A stretch of 64,000 bases of DNA from contig OZ245838.1 in assembly GCA_965228735.1 (NCBI GenBank), positions 896,001 to 960,000 on the forward strand, read 5' to 3'. Position numbers and translations under genes: made by a program. The stretch comes from Planctomycetota bacterium. Its GTDB lineage: Bacteria; Planctomycetota; UBA1135; UBA2386. Below, piece after piece: positions 26,500-36,578 of the stretch; within the stretch, counting starts at the first letter, position 1, and each line of letters starts with the position of its first letter. The notes beneath the pieces were generated by a model, which saw only the letters and a program-made list of their open reading frames with translations, was not told where the DNA came from and did no database searches.

Positions 26500-26783
26500 T
26501 GGGCTGGCGCAAGAAGCGCGTCCGCGAGACGTTCGAGTGCCCGCACTGCGGCGAACCCGTCGTGGTCGGCGCCGCGGCGTGTCGGGAGTGCGGGAGCGAT
26601 GCGAGTACCGGATGGCAGGACGACGAGGAGGTCGAGTATCAGAGTATCGACATCCCGTCGGGCTGGGGGCCCGATGACGAGAGTCCCGGGCGACATCTCG
26701 AACGACCGCGGTGGTTGCCGTGGGTTGCGGGCCTGCTGGCGCTGTTGATGATCGTGTTCGTGCTGCGCTTCCTGCTCTTTTGA
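26499..26783 (+). CDS. Zinc-ribbon membrane protein
   Basis: CPHCG...ACRECGSD..TGW plus C-terminal TM. Confidence 0.75.
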   Translation: MGWRKKRVRETFECPHCGEPVVVGAAACRECGSDASTGWQDDEEVEYQSIDIPSGWGPDDESPGRHLERPRWLPWVAGLLALLMIVFVLRFLLF

Positions 26784-27232
26784 ACCCCTCACGCGAAGGA
26801 CACCCGGAGAACCGAGAGGCGCCGTCGCGAGGCGGCGCGGTGTTCGGGATCTGGGTCGGCTCGTTCGGCTGGCTGCTCGGGTTCCTCCTGGTGAGCCCCG
26901 ATCGGGTCGGCGCGCTGTGGATCGAGCTCCTGATCAGCGCCGCCGTCACTGCGGCGATCGCGGGCTGCATGCATGCGATCCTGTTGGCGCGGCCGGCGCC
27001 GTCCTTGGCGCGGGTCTGGTCCGCGATCGCGTTCGCAGGGGGCGGGTTGTTGTTGTGCTACGTCGCGGTCCTCATGCCCGCGCTGCTGGGCGAGCCGGCG
27101 CTGGTGGCTCGGCTCGAGCGCCTCGGCACGATCGTCGAGATCCCGCTCTGGCCGGGGCTCATGGTAGTAGCCGCCGGCGCGTGCGGCCTGCTGGTCACTC
27201 GACCGGCTCGCCGTCGCGCAACCGGCGCATGA
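26780..27232 (+). CDS. Hypothetical membrane protein (about 4 TM)
   Basis: TTG overlapping the upstream TGA; four hydrophobic segments. Confidence 0.6.
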   Translation: MNPSREGHPENREAPSRGGAVFGIWVGSFGWLLGFLLVSPDRVGALWIELLISAAVTAAIAGCMHAILLARPAPSLARVWSAIAFAGGGLLLCYVAVLMPALLGEPALVARLERLGTIVEIPLWPGLMVVAAGACGLLVTRPARRRATGA

Positions 27233-28274
27233 GATCCTGCAGGAATTGGATGTTGTGGATCGACAGCAACGTGCCGGCCAGCATCTCCTTGGCCACCGAC
27301 AGATGCCGGATGTACGCGCGTGAGAACGTGCGGCACGTGTAGCACTCACACCCCTCGACGAGCGGCCGTTCATCGTCGGCGTACTGCAGGTTCCTGAGCT
27401 TCAGCGTCGTGCCGTCCTGGCCGAACGCCGTGTGGCTGCGGCCGTGGCGCGTCGGGACGACGCAGTCGAACAGGTCGACGCCCTGGCGCGCTGCCGTGAC
27501 GAGGTCCTCCGGCATGCCGACGCCCATCATGTAACGGATGTGGTCCTGCGGCAGCTCGTCGACGCAGGCATCGAGCGCGACCGCCATCTGCTGCTTGGTC
27601 TCACCGACGCTCAGCCCGCCGATCGCGTAGCCGTCGAACTCCATCTCCACGAGGGCCTGGGCGCTAGCAGTGCGCAGCTCCGGATCGACGCCGCCCTGGC
27701 AGATGCCGAAGACGGCCTGACCGCGACTGCTGCCGCCCCAGCTGTCGTGCAGGTCGCGCGCGCGCCGGGCCCAGCGCAGCGTGCGCTCGTGCGCTTCCCG
27801 CTGCAGCTTCGGCTCCGCGTCGCCCGGCGGACAGTGATCGAGCACCATCGCGATGTCGGGGCCGAGCTGACGCTGGAACGTGAGCACCGACTCGGGCGTG
27901 CAGCGATGCGTGCTGCCGTCGACGACCGACTGGAAGTCGACGCCATCGTCGTCGATGCGCAGGCGATCGGACAGCGAGAAGACCTGGAAGCCGCCGCTGT
28001 CCGTGAGGATGGGGCCGTCCCACGCCATGAAGCGGTGCAGGCCGCCGAGGCGTTCGATGCGTTCGGCGCCGGGGCGAACGTGCAGGTGGTAGCTGTTCGC
28101 CAGGATGAGCTCTGACCCCGTCGCGCGCACCTGCTCGGGCGTCAGGCCCTTGAGCGACGCGTAGGTGCCGACGGGTGCGAAGCACGGTGTCTCGAACGTG
28201 CCGTGCGGCGTGTGGTAGCGCCCGCGCCGCAACTTGCCGCGGGTCTCGAGCAGCTCGAACCGGAACTCACTCAC
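27195..28274 (-). CDS. tgt: tRNA-guanine transglycosylase
   Basis: ANSYHL, TDSGGFQVFSL, GGLSVGE, MGVG, DLFDCVVPTR, CECYTC; GTG start at 28274. Confidence 0.95.
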   Translation of the reverse strand: MSEFRFELLETRGKLRRGRYHTPHGTFETPCFAPVGTYASLKGLTPEQVRATGSELILANSYHLHVRPGAERIERLGGLHRFMAWDGPILTDSGGFQVFSLSDRLRIDDDGVDFQSVVDGSTHRCTPESVLTFQRQLGPDIAMVLDHCPPGDAEPKLQREAHERTLRWARRARDLHDSWGGSSRGQAVFGICQGGVDPELRTASAQALVEMEFDGYAIGGLSVGETKQQMAVALDACVDELPQDHIRYMMGVGMPEDLVTAARQGVDLFDCVVPTRHGRSHTAFGQDGTTLKLRNLQYADDERPLVEGCECYTCRTFSRAYIRHLSVAKEMLAGTLLSIHNIQFLQDLMRRLRDGEPVE

Positions 28275-29302
28275 GATTGCCCGAACGGCAGTTCGTCGCT
28301 GCCGAGGGGAGTTCCCGGTCGGGTGCCCGGCGCGAGGCCGAGATGGTCGTAGGCGCGCGGCGTCGCGACGCGACCGCGCGGCGTGCGCGCGAGCAGGCCC
28401 GTGCGGATGAGGTGCGGCTCGAGCACGTCCTCGAGCGTGTCCTCGGCCTCGTCGACCATCGCGGCGAGCGTCTTGAGTCCGACGGCATCGCCACGTTCGG
28501 CGAGCGCGCGGAGGAGCCGGCGGTCGACCTCTTCGAGGCCGAGCGCATCGATGCGCAGGCGCGCGAGCCCGGCTTCCGCGGTCGCAGGGTCGATCGTGTC
28601 CTGCTGCTGCACCTGCGCGAGGTCGCGGACGCGCCGCAGGATGCGCAGCGCCATGCGCGGGGTGCCGCGGCTGCGTTCGCTGAGCAGCTGCGCCGAGTCG
28701 GTCGGCAGCCCGATGCCGAGGCGTTCGGCGGCGCGGGTCAGGATCTTCTGGATGTCGCTCGCCGGATAGGGCTCGAGTCGCTCGACGATGCCGAACCGCG
28801 AGCGGAACGGCGCCGACAGCAGCCCCTCGCGCGTCGTCGCGCCTACGAGCGTGAACGGCTGGACGCCGAGGCGCACGCTGCGCCCGCCCGGGCCCTGGTC
28901 GAGGACGACGTCGATCGCGTGATCCTCCATCGCCGAGTACAGGTATTCTTCGAGCGTCTTCGGCAGCCGGTGGATCTCGTCGATGAACAGCACCTCGTTG
29001 CGCTGCAGCCGGGTCAGCGTGCCGGCGAGATCGCGCGGCGCGCCGAGTGCGGGGCCCGACGTGATCACGAGGTCGGTCGCCATGCCCTGCGCGATCAGGT
29101 GCGCGAGCGTCGTCTTGCCGAGGCCGGGCGGGCCGCACAGCAGCACGTGATCGAGCGGCTCGGAGCGGCCGCGCGCGGCCTGGATCGCGACGCCGAGGTT
29201 GTCGCGCACCTGCTCCTGGCCGACGAACTCGGAGAACGAGTTGGGGCGCAGGCTGCGGTCGAACTCGCGTTCGTTGGGGTCGCTGGGATCGTGGAAGACC
29301 AT
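28271..29302 (-). CDS. ruvB: Holliday junction branch migration helicase RuvB
   Basis: SLRP..F.EFVGQ, GPPGLGKTTLA, FIDEIHRL, GATTR, RGTPR, RTPRGR. Confidence 0.97.
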   Translation of the reverse strand: MVFHDPSDPNEREFDRSLRPNSFSEFVGQEQVRDNLGVAIQAARGRSEPLDHVLLCGPPGLGKTTLAHLIAQGMATDLVITSGPALGAPRDLAGTLTRLQRNEVLFIDEIHRLPKTLEEYLYSAMEDHAIDVVLDQGPGGRSVRLGVQPFTLVGATTREGLLSAPFRSRFGIVERLEPYPASDIQKILTRAAERLGIGLPTDSAQLLSERSRGTPRMALRILRRVRDLAQVQQQDTIDPATAEAGLARLRIDALGLEEVDRRLLRALAERGDAVGLKTLAAMVDEAEDTLEDVLEPHLIRTGLLARTPRGRVATPRAYDHLGLAPGTRPGTPLGSDELPFGQS

Positions 29303-29353
29303 CGGGGCGGTCCCAGGATAGAGCGGCGGCGCGCGTGTTCCAGGGCGCGGCTA

Positions 29354-29397
29354 CCGGCAGATCGAACCCGGTTCCGTACGGCCGGGTTCGTGCCCGG
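29354..29397. repeat. REP-like palindrome, partial copy of the 43471 element
   Basis: 29354-29381 matches the 43471-43498 arm at 23/28 positions; gaacccgg...ccgggttc stem. Confidence 0.6.
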
Positions 29398-29424
29398 CGG
29401 AATCCTGCTTGCACGGCGGGGTCG

Positions 29425-29826
29425 ATGGACGACGCTGATGAGGTGTCCTCATCCGCGGAGCTCCCGATCTTCGAACTGCTCGGCGAGGCGAAACTGCGGG
29501 CGATCGTGGCCGGGTTCTATCGCCGCGTGCAGGGCGACCCGATCCTGCAGCCGATGTATCCGGCGGCCGACTTCGCCGGTGCGGAGCAGCGGCTCGCGTC
29601 GTTCCTGATCTACCGCTTCGGCGGGCCGCCGACCTACCTGCAAGAACGCGGCCACCCGCGGCTGCGCATGCGGCACGCGCCGTTCCGGGTCGATCAGGCG
29701 GCGCGTGATCGCTGGCTCGAGCTCATGCTCGCGGCGATCGACGAGAACGACGTGAGCGCCGAGCATCGCGCCTATCTCGAGCGCTTCCTCGGCGACATCG
29801 CGACGTTCCTCATCAACTCCCGCTGA
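29425..29826 (+). CDS. Group II truncated hemoglobin (GlbO-like)
   Basis: FYRRV..DPIL.PMYP, FGGPPTY...RGHPRLRMRHAPF. Confidence 0.92.
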   Translation: MDDADEVSSSAELPIFELLGEAKLRAIVAGFYRRVQGDPILQPMYPAADFAGAEQRLASFLIYRFGGPPTYLQERGHPRLRMRHAPFRVDQAARDRWLELMLAAIDENDVSAEHRAYLERFLGDIATFLINSR

Positions 29827-29834
29827 CACTCCTG

Positions 29835-31508
29835 ATGACGAGTTCGACGGCGATCGTGCGCACTGCCGCGTTCTTGTTCCTGCTCGGACTCGGGCTGCGG
29901 CTGTTGTTCTGGTCGGCCGGGCCGGACGGTGGGCTCGGTTGGCACGTCGGATTCCAGGGCGACGCGCCCATCTGGCAGGACCTCGTGTTGCGGCTCGTGA
30001 CTGACCGGCCGGACCCGGAGCTGCGGTTGCCGTGGCGCGCGCCCGGGATGCTGTGGCTCGTGGGATCGCTCTGGGACGGCGGCGGCGCGACGTTCCTCGT
30101 GCGGTTCGTCATGGTGCTCGCGGGGGCGAGCGTCGCGCCGCTGTTCTGGCTCCTCGTCCGGCGGTCGATCGCCGAGGTCGCGGCGCTCTGGGCCGGGGTG
30201 TTCGCGGCGGTCTCGACCAACCTGTTGCTGCTCTGCAGCGGCGTGCATGCCGAAGGGATCTACCTCGCCGGCGTGCTCGCCGTGGTGCTGCTGCAGAACG
30301 CGCTGGTCGGTCGGGTATCTGCAGCCCGCACGATGCTCACCGTTCTGCTCGCGCTCGCGGTCGGTGCAGCCCACGCCGGCCTCGCGTTGCTGCGGCCGGA
30401 GCACCTGCTGACGGCCATCGCCTTGCTCGTCGTGATGAGAATCCAGGGCCTGGCCTGGCGATGGCTCGCGCTCGCCGTCGTTGCCGCCGTCTTGGCGCTC
30501 ACGCCGTGGCAGCTGCGCGCGTCGCGCCTCGTCGCGGAGTTCAACGCGACCGGTGCGCCGGGAACGCTCACGCTGCCGTGGGACGACGACGCGCGCGACG
30601 AGGTGCTCGCGCTGCCGGCGTTCGCGCATCGGCACGTGCTCGAGCTCGTCGATCGCACGGTCGCGCACCGCGGCGGCGAGCGCGTGACGATGGCCGATCT
30701 CGAGATCGTGCAGGAGGCCTACGGCAGCTGGCCGGGTTCGCTGTCGACCCCGATCGTCGCGCTCTACGGCCCGTTCAACTTCTTCCTCGCGTGGACGCCC
30801 GAGGCCGCGGGCGGCTACTCGCGCGCGGCCCTCGATCGCGACCCGCAGCTGCTCGGCGGCGCGGAGCGGTATCCGGCGTTCGTGCAGCGCACGGTCGGAC
30901 GCCAGAAACGCTTCGATCTCGGCTACCCGCCGCACCTCGACAAGGTGCGCAACGGCTATGGCCGCGGGCTCGCGGAGATCGGTGAAGACCCGATCGGATC
31001 TGCCGGGCGGGTGCTGACCAAGCTGTGGCATGCGACCGAGGGCGCCGTCGGCGGGCTCGGCGGCGCGGGCCTGCCGATCGGACTGTCGGGGCAACGTCGG
31101 CCCGTCGACCTGGTGACGGCGACGGGCTGGTGGGCGAACGCCTTTCGAGTCATCGTCGTGCTCGTTGCCGTTCTCGGGCTCTGGCGCGTTCGCCGGGAAC
31201 GCGCGCTCTGGCCGCTCTTCGCGCTGGCCCTCACCAAGGTCGTGACCGTCGCGCTGTTCTTCGGCTACGCCCGGCAAGGCGCGGTCATCGCCCCGGTCGT
31301 CTGGCTCGGGGTCGCCGTCGTGCTGGCGGCGCCGCCGCGGCTCGCGCGTCGGTCCTGGCTGCCTTGGGCCTTGGCCGGCGCGCTGCTCGCGTTCGACGGC
31401 GCGCGGGTGGCAATGGGCGTGACCGCCAGGATGGACGGTCACCCGGTCGTCGAGCGGGAGCCGTTCCCGCCCGACGACTTCTCGCTGCGAACGATCGAGT
31501 TCCGCTGA
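29835..31508 (+). CDS. Polytopic membrane protein, possibly GT-C fold glycosyltransferase
   Basis: About 11 TM, RAPG, LLRPE, PWQLR motifs, large extracytoplasmic loop. Confidence 0.6.
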   Translation: MTSSTAIVRTAAFLFLLGLGLRLLFWSAGPDGGLGWHVGFQGDAPIWQDLVLRLVTDRPDPELRLPWRAPGMLWLVGSLWDGGGATFLVRFVMVLAGASVAPLFWLLVRRSIAEVAALWAGVFAAVSTNLLLLCSGVHAEGIYLAGVLAVVLLQNALVGRVSAARTMLTVLLALAVGAAHAGLALLRPEHLLTAIALLVVMRIQGLAWRWLALAVVAAVLALTPWQLRASRLVAEFNATGAPGTLTLPWDDDARDEVLALPAFAHRHVLELVDRTVAHRGGERVTMADLEIVQEAYGSWPGSLSTPIVALYGPFNFFLAWTPEAAGGYSRAALDRDPQLLGGAERYPAFVQRTVGRQKRFDLGYPPHLDKVRNGYGRGLAEIGEDPIGSAGRVLTKLWHATEGAVGGLGGAGLPIGLSGQRRPVDLVTATGWWANAFRVIVVLVAVLGLWRVRRERALWPLFALALTKVVTVALFFGYARQGAVIAPVVWLGVAVVLAAPPRLARRSWLPWALAGALLAFDGARVAMGVTARMDGHPVVEREPFPPDDFSLRTIEFR

Positions 31509-31526
31509 TGGGCGCCGACCGGTCGG

Positions 31527-31655
31527 TCAGTTGCCGACCGTGATCCGGAGCCCGCGTGAGACCGTGAACCCGCTCGGTGCCGTGCCGTCGATCACGGCGG
31601 CCTGGAAGAACAGCTCGAGACCGGCCAGCGCGGCCAGGTCTGCGCTCGCCTTCAC
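31527..31655 (-). pseudogene. Orphan 42-codon fragment of the shared C-terminal domain (relic or microprotein)
   Basis: [48 protein letters not shown]; resembles the C-terminus of 1597..3708. Confidence 0.6.
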
Positions 31656-33796
31656 TCGAGCACGGCCTCGAGGAAGGCCCAGCGATCCGCGGCCTCATCG
31701 ATCCGTTTGCTCAACGGCTTGCCGGCGCCGTGGCCGGCCGACGTCTCGACCCGCAGCAGGATCGGCGCCTCGCCGCCCTGGGCTGCCTGCAGCGTGGCCG
31801 CGAACTTGTAGCTGTGGCCCGGCAGCACGCGGTCGTCGTGGTCGCCGGTCATGACCATCGTCGGCGGGTAACGCAGACCCGGTTCGATGTTGTGCAGCGG
31901 CGAGTAGGCGTAGAGGTAGGGGAACGCGTCCGGGTCGTCGCTGCGGCCGTACTCGCTGGCCCACGCGTGGCCGATCGTGAACGTGTGATAGCGCAGCATG
32001 TCGAGCACGCCGACCTCGGGGATCGCGGCGCCGACGAGGTCCGGGCGCTGGGTCATCACGGCGCCGACGAGCAGGCCGCCGTTGCTGCCGCCGCCGATCG
32101 CGAGGCGCTTCCGCGAGGTGTAGCCGTTGCGCGTCAGATACTCGGCGCACGCGATGAAGTCGTCGAACACGTTCTGCTTGTTGCCGAGCATGCCGCCCTC
32201 GTGCCAGGCCTCGCCGTACTCGCTGCCGCCGCGCAGCACGGCCTGGGCGTAGATGCCGCCGCGCTCGACGAACACGAGGTTGGGCACGGAGAACCGCGGC
32301 GTGAGCGGGATGTTGAAGCCGCCGTAGCCGTAGAGGTAACACGGGTTGGTGCCGTCGAGCGCGGTGTCGCGGTGGCGCACGATGAACAGGCAGAGCCGCG
32401 TGCCGTCGAGGCTCTGCAGGAAGCGGCGCTCGGTCACGATACCGCTCGTGTCGGCCGGCAGCTCGCTCTGCGTCAGAACCGTCGTCTCGCCCGTGCGGAA
32501 GTCGTGCTGCAATACCCGCGGCGCCTCGACGAACGAACGCCAGGTGGCGAATGCCAGCGGGTCCGTCATGCGACCGGAGAAGCCGCTCACGGTGCCGATG
32601 CCGGGCAGCTCGATCGTGCCCTTGCTCGTGCCGTCGAGCTCGTGAACGCAGACCCGGCTGCTCGCGTCGGTCAGGTAGGTCAGGACGAAGTGCCCGCCGC
32701 GCAGCCTCGCGTCGCGCAGCGCATCTTCGGTCTCGGCGACGACGACCTCGCGGCGCGTCTTGTCACGTTCGTCGACGGCGAGGATGCAGCCCAGCGGCGC
32801 TTCGAGGTTGGTCTTGAACCAGAACGTGCTGTCACGCTGCCCGACGAAGTCGTAGTGCGCGTCGTTGTCGAAGAGCATGGGCAGCACGGCCCACTCGGTG
32901 CTCTCGAGGTTCACGTATGCGATGCGGTTGGTGCTCGACGACCCCTCGCGCACGTTGATCAGCAGGAACTGACCGCTCTCCGTGACCTCGGGCGAGAACA
33001 TCCAGCGCGGCTGGTCCGGCCGTTCGTAGACGATGCGGTCGGCGGCCTGCTCGTTGCCGAGCTCGTGGTAGCACAGTTGCGGGTTCTCGTTGGACGACTC
33101 GTAGACCTGGCCCTCGGGCGGCGTCGGGTAGCGCTGGTAGAAGAAGCCGAGGCTGTCGCGCGTCCAGGCGGCGCGCGTGAACTTCGCCCACTCGATGCGA
33201 TCGTCGAGCACGTCGCCCGTCGCGACGTCGAGGACCTGCCAGGTCTGCCAGTCGCTGCCGGCGGCCGACGTCGAGAACGCTACGAGCTTGCCGTCCGGCG
33301 ACGGCACGGTGCCGCCGAGAGCGACGGTGCCGTCCGTGCTCATCGTGTTGGGGTCGAGCAGCACGCGCCCTTCACCGGCGGGGGTGTCGGCGACACAGAA
33401 CACGTCCTGGTTCTGCAGGCCGTCGTTCCGGCGGAAGAACCAGTGGTCGCCGCGGTGCAGCGGGGCGCCGCGACGCGGGAAGTTCCACAGCTCGGCGAGG
33501 CGCGCGCGGATGGCATCACGCTCGGGCACCGCGTCGAGGAACGCGCGACTCGCGATGTTCTGCCGCCGGACGAAGTCCGCGGTCGCATCCCCGTCCTGGT
33601 CCTCGAGCCAGCGATACGGATCGCTGACCTCCGTGCCGTGGTAGGTGTCGACGACGGCCTCCTGCCGGACGGGGGGCGCCGCGAACGCCGGATAGCGCAG
33701 CGTGACTGCATCCGCAGGGCCGGCGCAGGTCGTGAGCAGGACCGGCAGCAGGAGGACAACGAGCAGCGGGGTGACGGCAGCCGCGGAATCGCGCAT
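31652..33796 (-). CDS. Prolyl oligopeptidase (S9A)
   Basis: [35 protein letters not shown]. Confidence 0.96.
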   Translation of the reverse strand: MRDSAAAVTPLLVVLLLPVLLTTCAGPADAVTLRYPAFAAPPVRQEAVVDTYHGTEVSDPYRWLEDQDGDATADFVRRQNIASRAFLDAVPERDAIRARLAELWNFPRRGAPLHRGDHWFFRRNDGLQNQDVFCVADTPAGEGRVLLDPNTMSTDGTVALGGTVPSPDGKLVAFSTSAAGSDWQTWQVLDVATGDVLDDRIEWAKFTRAAWTRDSLGFFYQRYPTPPEGQVYESSNENPQLCYHELGNEQAADRIVYERPDQPRWMFSPEVTESGQFLLINVREGSSSTNRIAYVNLESTEWAVLPMLFDNDAHYDFVGQRDSTFWFKTNLEAPLGCILAVDERDKTRREVVVAETEDALRDARLRGGHFVLTYLTDASSRVCVHELDGTSKGTIELPGIGTVSGFSGRMTDPLAFATWRSFVEAPRVLQHDFRTGETTVLTQSELPADTSGIVTERRFLQSLDGTRLCLFIVRHRDTALDGTNPCYLYGYGGFNIPLTPRFSVPNLVFVERGGIYAQAVLRGGSEYGEAWHEGGMLGNKQNVFDDFIACAEYLTRNGYTSRKRLAIGGGSNGGLLVGAVMTQRPDLVGAAIPEVGVLDMLRYHTFTIGHAWASEYGRSDDPDAFPYLYAYSPLHNIEPGLRYPPTMVMTGDHDDRVLPGHSYKFAATLQAAQGGEAPILLRVETSAGHGAGKPLSKRIDEAADRWAFLEAVLE

Positions 33797-33919
33797 GCCG
33801 GGACGTTAGCCCTGGGCCGCGGCCGGGAATCGGACTTTTCGGCCGGTTCCATGCCCCATCATCCCACATCTGTGCAACCGGGTACCGGAATCCGGCCCGC
33901 GCCGAGGTATACGTTCGCC

Positions 33920-35206
33920 ATGCGATTCGTCACGGGCCTCGCCCTCACCCTCGCGCTCGCGGTCGGTCTCTCCGCCCAGGATCAGGAGAACGGCTGGCGC
34001 CCGCTCTTCGACGGCAAGAGCCTCGCGGGCTGGCACGGCCAGCGTCACTTCAACCCGTACAAGCTCGCGTCGATGCCGGCGCCGCAGCGCAAGGCGATGC
34101 GGGCCGAGGACGACGCTTCGGTGAAGGAGCACTGGCGCATCGAAGGCAACGAGATCGTCAACGACGGTTCGGGGGCGTACCTGACGACCGACCGCGACTA
34201 CGGCGACGCGGAGTTCCGGCTCGAGTATCGCACCGTCGCGAAGGCCGATTCCGGCATCTATCTGCGCGGGTCGCCGCAGGTGCAGATCTGGGACTACACC
34301 GAGGCCGGCGGCAAGTGGAAGCTCGGCGCCGACAAGGGCAGTGGTGGGCTGTGGAACAACCAGAAGCACGAACGCTTCCCGCCTGCGTGCTACGACAAGC
34401 CGTTCGGGGAATGGAACACGCTCTGGATCCGGCAGGTCGGCGCGCTGACGTGGGTCAGGCTGAACGGCGAGACGACGGTCGACGGCGTCGTCATGGAGAA
34501 CTACTGGGATCGCAAGCTGCCGCTGCCGGCACGTGGCCCGCTGCAGCTGCAAACGCACGGCGGTGAGATCCGCTTCCGCAATCTGCAGGTGCGCGAGCTC
34601 GACGCCGCGGCGAGCAACGCGATCCTGCGCGAGCACGCGGGCGAGGGTTTCGAGTCGCTGTTCGACGGCAAGACGTTCGCCGGTTGGCGCGGCGCGACCG
34701 AGCACTACGAGATCGTCGACGGCGCGCTGCGGTGCAAGCCGAACCACGGCGGCAACCTGTTCACCGATGCGACGTTCTCCGAGTACGTGATGCAGCTCGA
34801 GTTCAAGCTGCCGACGGGCGGCAACAACGGACTCGCGATCCACTACTCCGGACAGGGCAATCCGGCGCGCAACGGCTTCGAGATCCAGGTGCTCGACAAC
34901 ACGCACGAGAAGTACAGCAAGCTCAAGCCGTGGCAGTATTGCGGCTCGATCTACGGGGTCGCACCGGCTGCTCGGGGCTGCCTGCGGCCGGTCGGGGAGT
35001 GGAATCACTACGAGCTCACGATCCGCGGGCCGAAGATGCGCGTCATGCTCAACGGGTTCTTGATCGTCGATGCCGACGTGAGCAAGCTCAGCTCGGCCCT
35101 CGACGCGCACGACGGCAAGGACCGCACCTCCGGGCACTTCGGGTTCTGCGGGCACAACGATCCGGTCGAGTTCCGCGCGATCGCGGTGAAGCGGCTCGGC
35201 CAGTAG
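33920..35206 (+). CDS. Tandem DUF1080 (3-keto-disaccharide hydrolase-like) secreted protein
   Basis: Two LFDGKxxxGW units, DSGIYLRG, GEWN twice, LQTHG / FCGH; start 33920. Confidence 0.88.
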   Translation: MRFVTGLALTLALAVGLSAQDQENGWRPLFDGKSLAGWHGQRHFNPYKLASMPAPQRKAMRAEDDASVKEHWRIEGNEIVNDGSGAYLTTDRDYGDAEFRLEYRTVAKADSGIYLRGSPQVQIWDYTEAGGKWKLGADKGSGGLWNNQKHERFPPACYDKPFGEWNTLWIRQVGALTWVRLNGETTVDGVVMENYWDRKLPLPARGPLQLQTHGGEIRFRNLQVRELDAAASNAILREHAGEGFESLFDGKTFAGWRGATEHYEIVDGALRCKPNHGGNLFTDATFSEYVMQLEFKLPTGGNNGLAIHYSGQGNPARNGFEIQVLDNTHEKYSKLKPWQYCGSIYGVAPAARGCLRPVGEWNHYELTIRGPKMRVMLNGFLIVDADVSKLSSALDAHDGKDRTSGHFGFCGHNDPVEFRAIAVKRLGQ

Positions 35207-35452
35207 GCCCGGGGGCGAGCGGGCCGACGTGGGGGTCCGGCCCGGGAATTGCGCCCGGGTCGGGCGTTCTCGGCGAACATTCGGACCGAAAATCGAAGGC
35301 TGGCTGTCGATGTCGGCGGCGTCTCCGCGACTACGTCGACGATTCCGTTCGGCGCGCGCCCCCAGCGTTGCGCGCGCCAATCCATGGCGGCCAGTTCCCA
35401 GGGTAGCTGCCGGTAGCAGCCCCACTGGCCGTTCGTCTCGCAGGAGCCCCCG

Positions 35453-36529
35453 ATGCAAGTCACTCTCACTCGTTCCCTCGCTCTCTCCTTCGTTCTCGCC
35501 GTCTCTGGCACCGCCGCCGCCCAGGAGGCCACCGACGCCAGTCACAGCGACCTCGTGCAGAGCGGTCGCATGGCGCTGCAGGCCTCGGACTGGAAGGCGG
35601 CCGCGAAGAGCTTCAAGAAAGCCGTCGAGATCAATCCCGAGGACGGCACGTCATGGCAGCTGCTCGGCTACAGCCTGCATGCGATGCAGAAGCTCGACGA
35701 AGCGCTGCCGATCCACAAGAAGGCCGCCGAGTTCGCGGAGGTCGCGCCCGTCGCGAGCTACAACGTCGCGTGCGTCTACGCGCTCAAGGGCGAGAACGAG
35801 CTCGCGCTGAAGTGGCTCGAGAAGGCGGCGGCGAAGGGTTTCGCCCGTCCCGACCACATCGCGAACGATCCGGACATGGACCCGCTGCGTGACGACGATC
35901 GCTTCAAGGCGGTCGTGAAGAAGATCAGCAAGAACGCGGGTGGCGCGTCGACCGGCATGCAGGTCTTCCAGATCACGACCCCGCGCGAGAGCGCGCGCGT
36001 GGCGTGGTTCACGCGCAACGGTTCGCCGGGTCAGATCGCGATCGACTACACGCCCGTCAAGTGGCAGGAGAAGTACGACGCGATGGTCGGCAGCGAGAAG
36101 ATGATGGGCCGGAAGTGGCGCCTCGGCGCCGATTTCTGGACCTCGCTCGACACGTCGGTCGACCTCGTCATGGGCGGCACCAAGGTACCGGCCGGCTACT
36201 ACTACCTGACGCTCGAGCAGCGTGAGGGCGGTTCGTTCATCCTCGGGGTGCACGACGCCAACAAGATCAAGAAGCAGCGCCTCGACGCGTTCCAGGCCAA
36301 TCAGGTCAAGGGCGGCATCGAGGTCGAGCTGAAGCATCACGAGGCCGACTCCGTGCAGGACACGCTGAAGATGGCGATCCTGACCAAGTCGGGCAGCCAG
36401 ACCGAAGGCAAGTTCAAGCTGCACTTCGGCGGCCACGCGCTCGTCGCACCGGTCGAGATGCACGTCGGCGGCAAGCCCGCCGCCGATGCGAGCGCCGAGA
36501 AGAAGCACGCGAAGAAGGCCAAGTACTAG
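35453..36529 (+). CDS. Secreted TPR plus DUF2911-like protein
   Basis: Signal peptide, TPRs, YNVACVYA...DPDMDPLR, WRLGAD...VPAGYY; AGGAG SD. Confidence 0.75.
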   Translation: MQVTLTRSLALSFVLAVSGTAAAQEATDASHSDLVQSGRMALQASDWKAAAKSFKKAVEINPEDGTSWQLLGYSLHAMQKLDEALPIHKKAAEFAEVAPVASYNVACVYALKGENELALKWLEKAAAKGFARPDHIANDPDMDPLRDDDRFKAVVKKISKNAGGASTGMQVFQITTPRESARVAWFTRNGSPGQIAIDYTPVKWQEKYDAMVGSEKMMGRKWRLGADFWTSLDTSVDLVMGGTKVPAGYYYLTLEQREGGSFILGVHDANKIKKQRLDAFQANQVKGGIEVELKHHEADSVQDTLKMAILTKSGSQTEGKFKLHFGGHALVAPVEMHVGGKPAADASAEKKHAKKAKY

Positions 36530-36578
36530 GCTGGACCGGCGCCGGAACCGAGAAGATCCGGCGAGCGAACGGTTCGCG

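Noticed and set aside
36541..36578. Small hairpins between convergent genes as an intrinsic terminator
   Set aside because: Short stems, no U-tract; expected by chance at this GC content.
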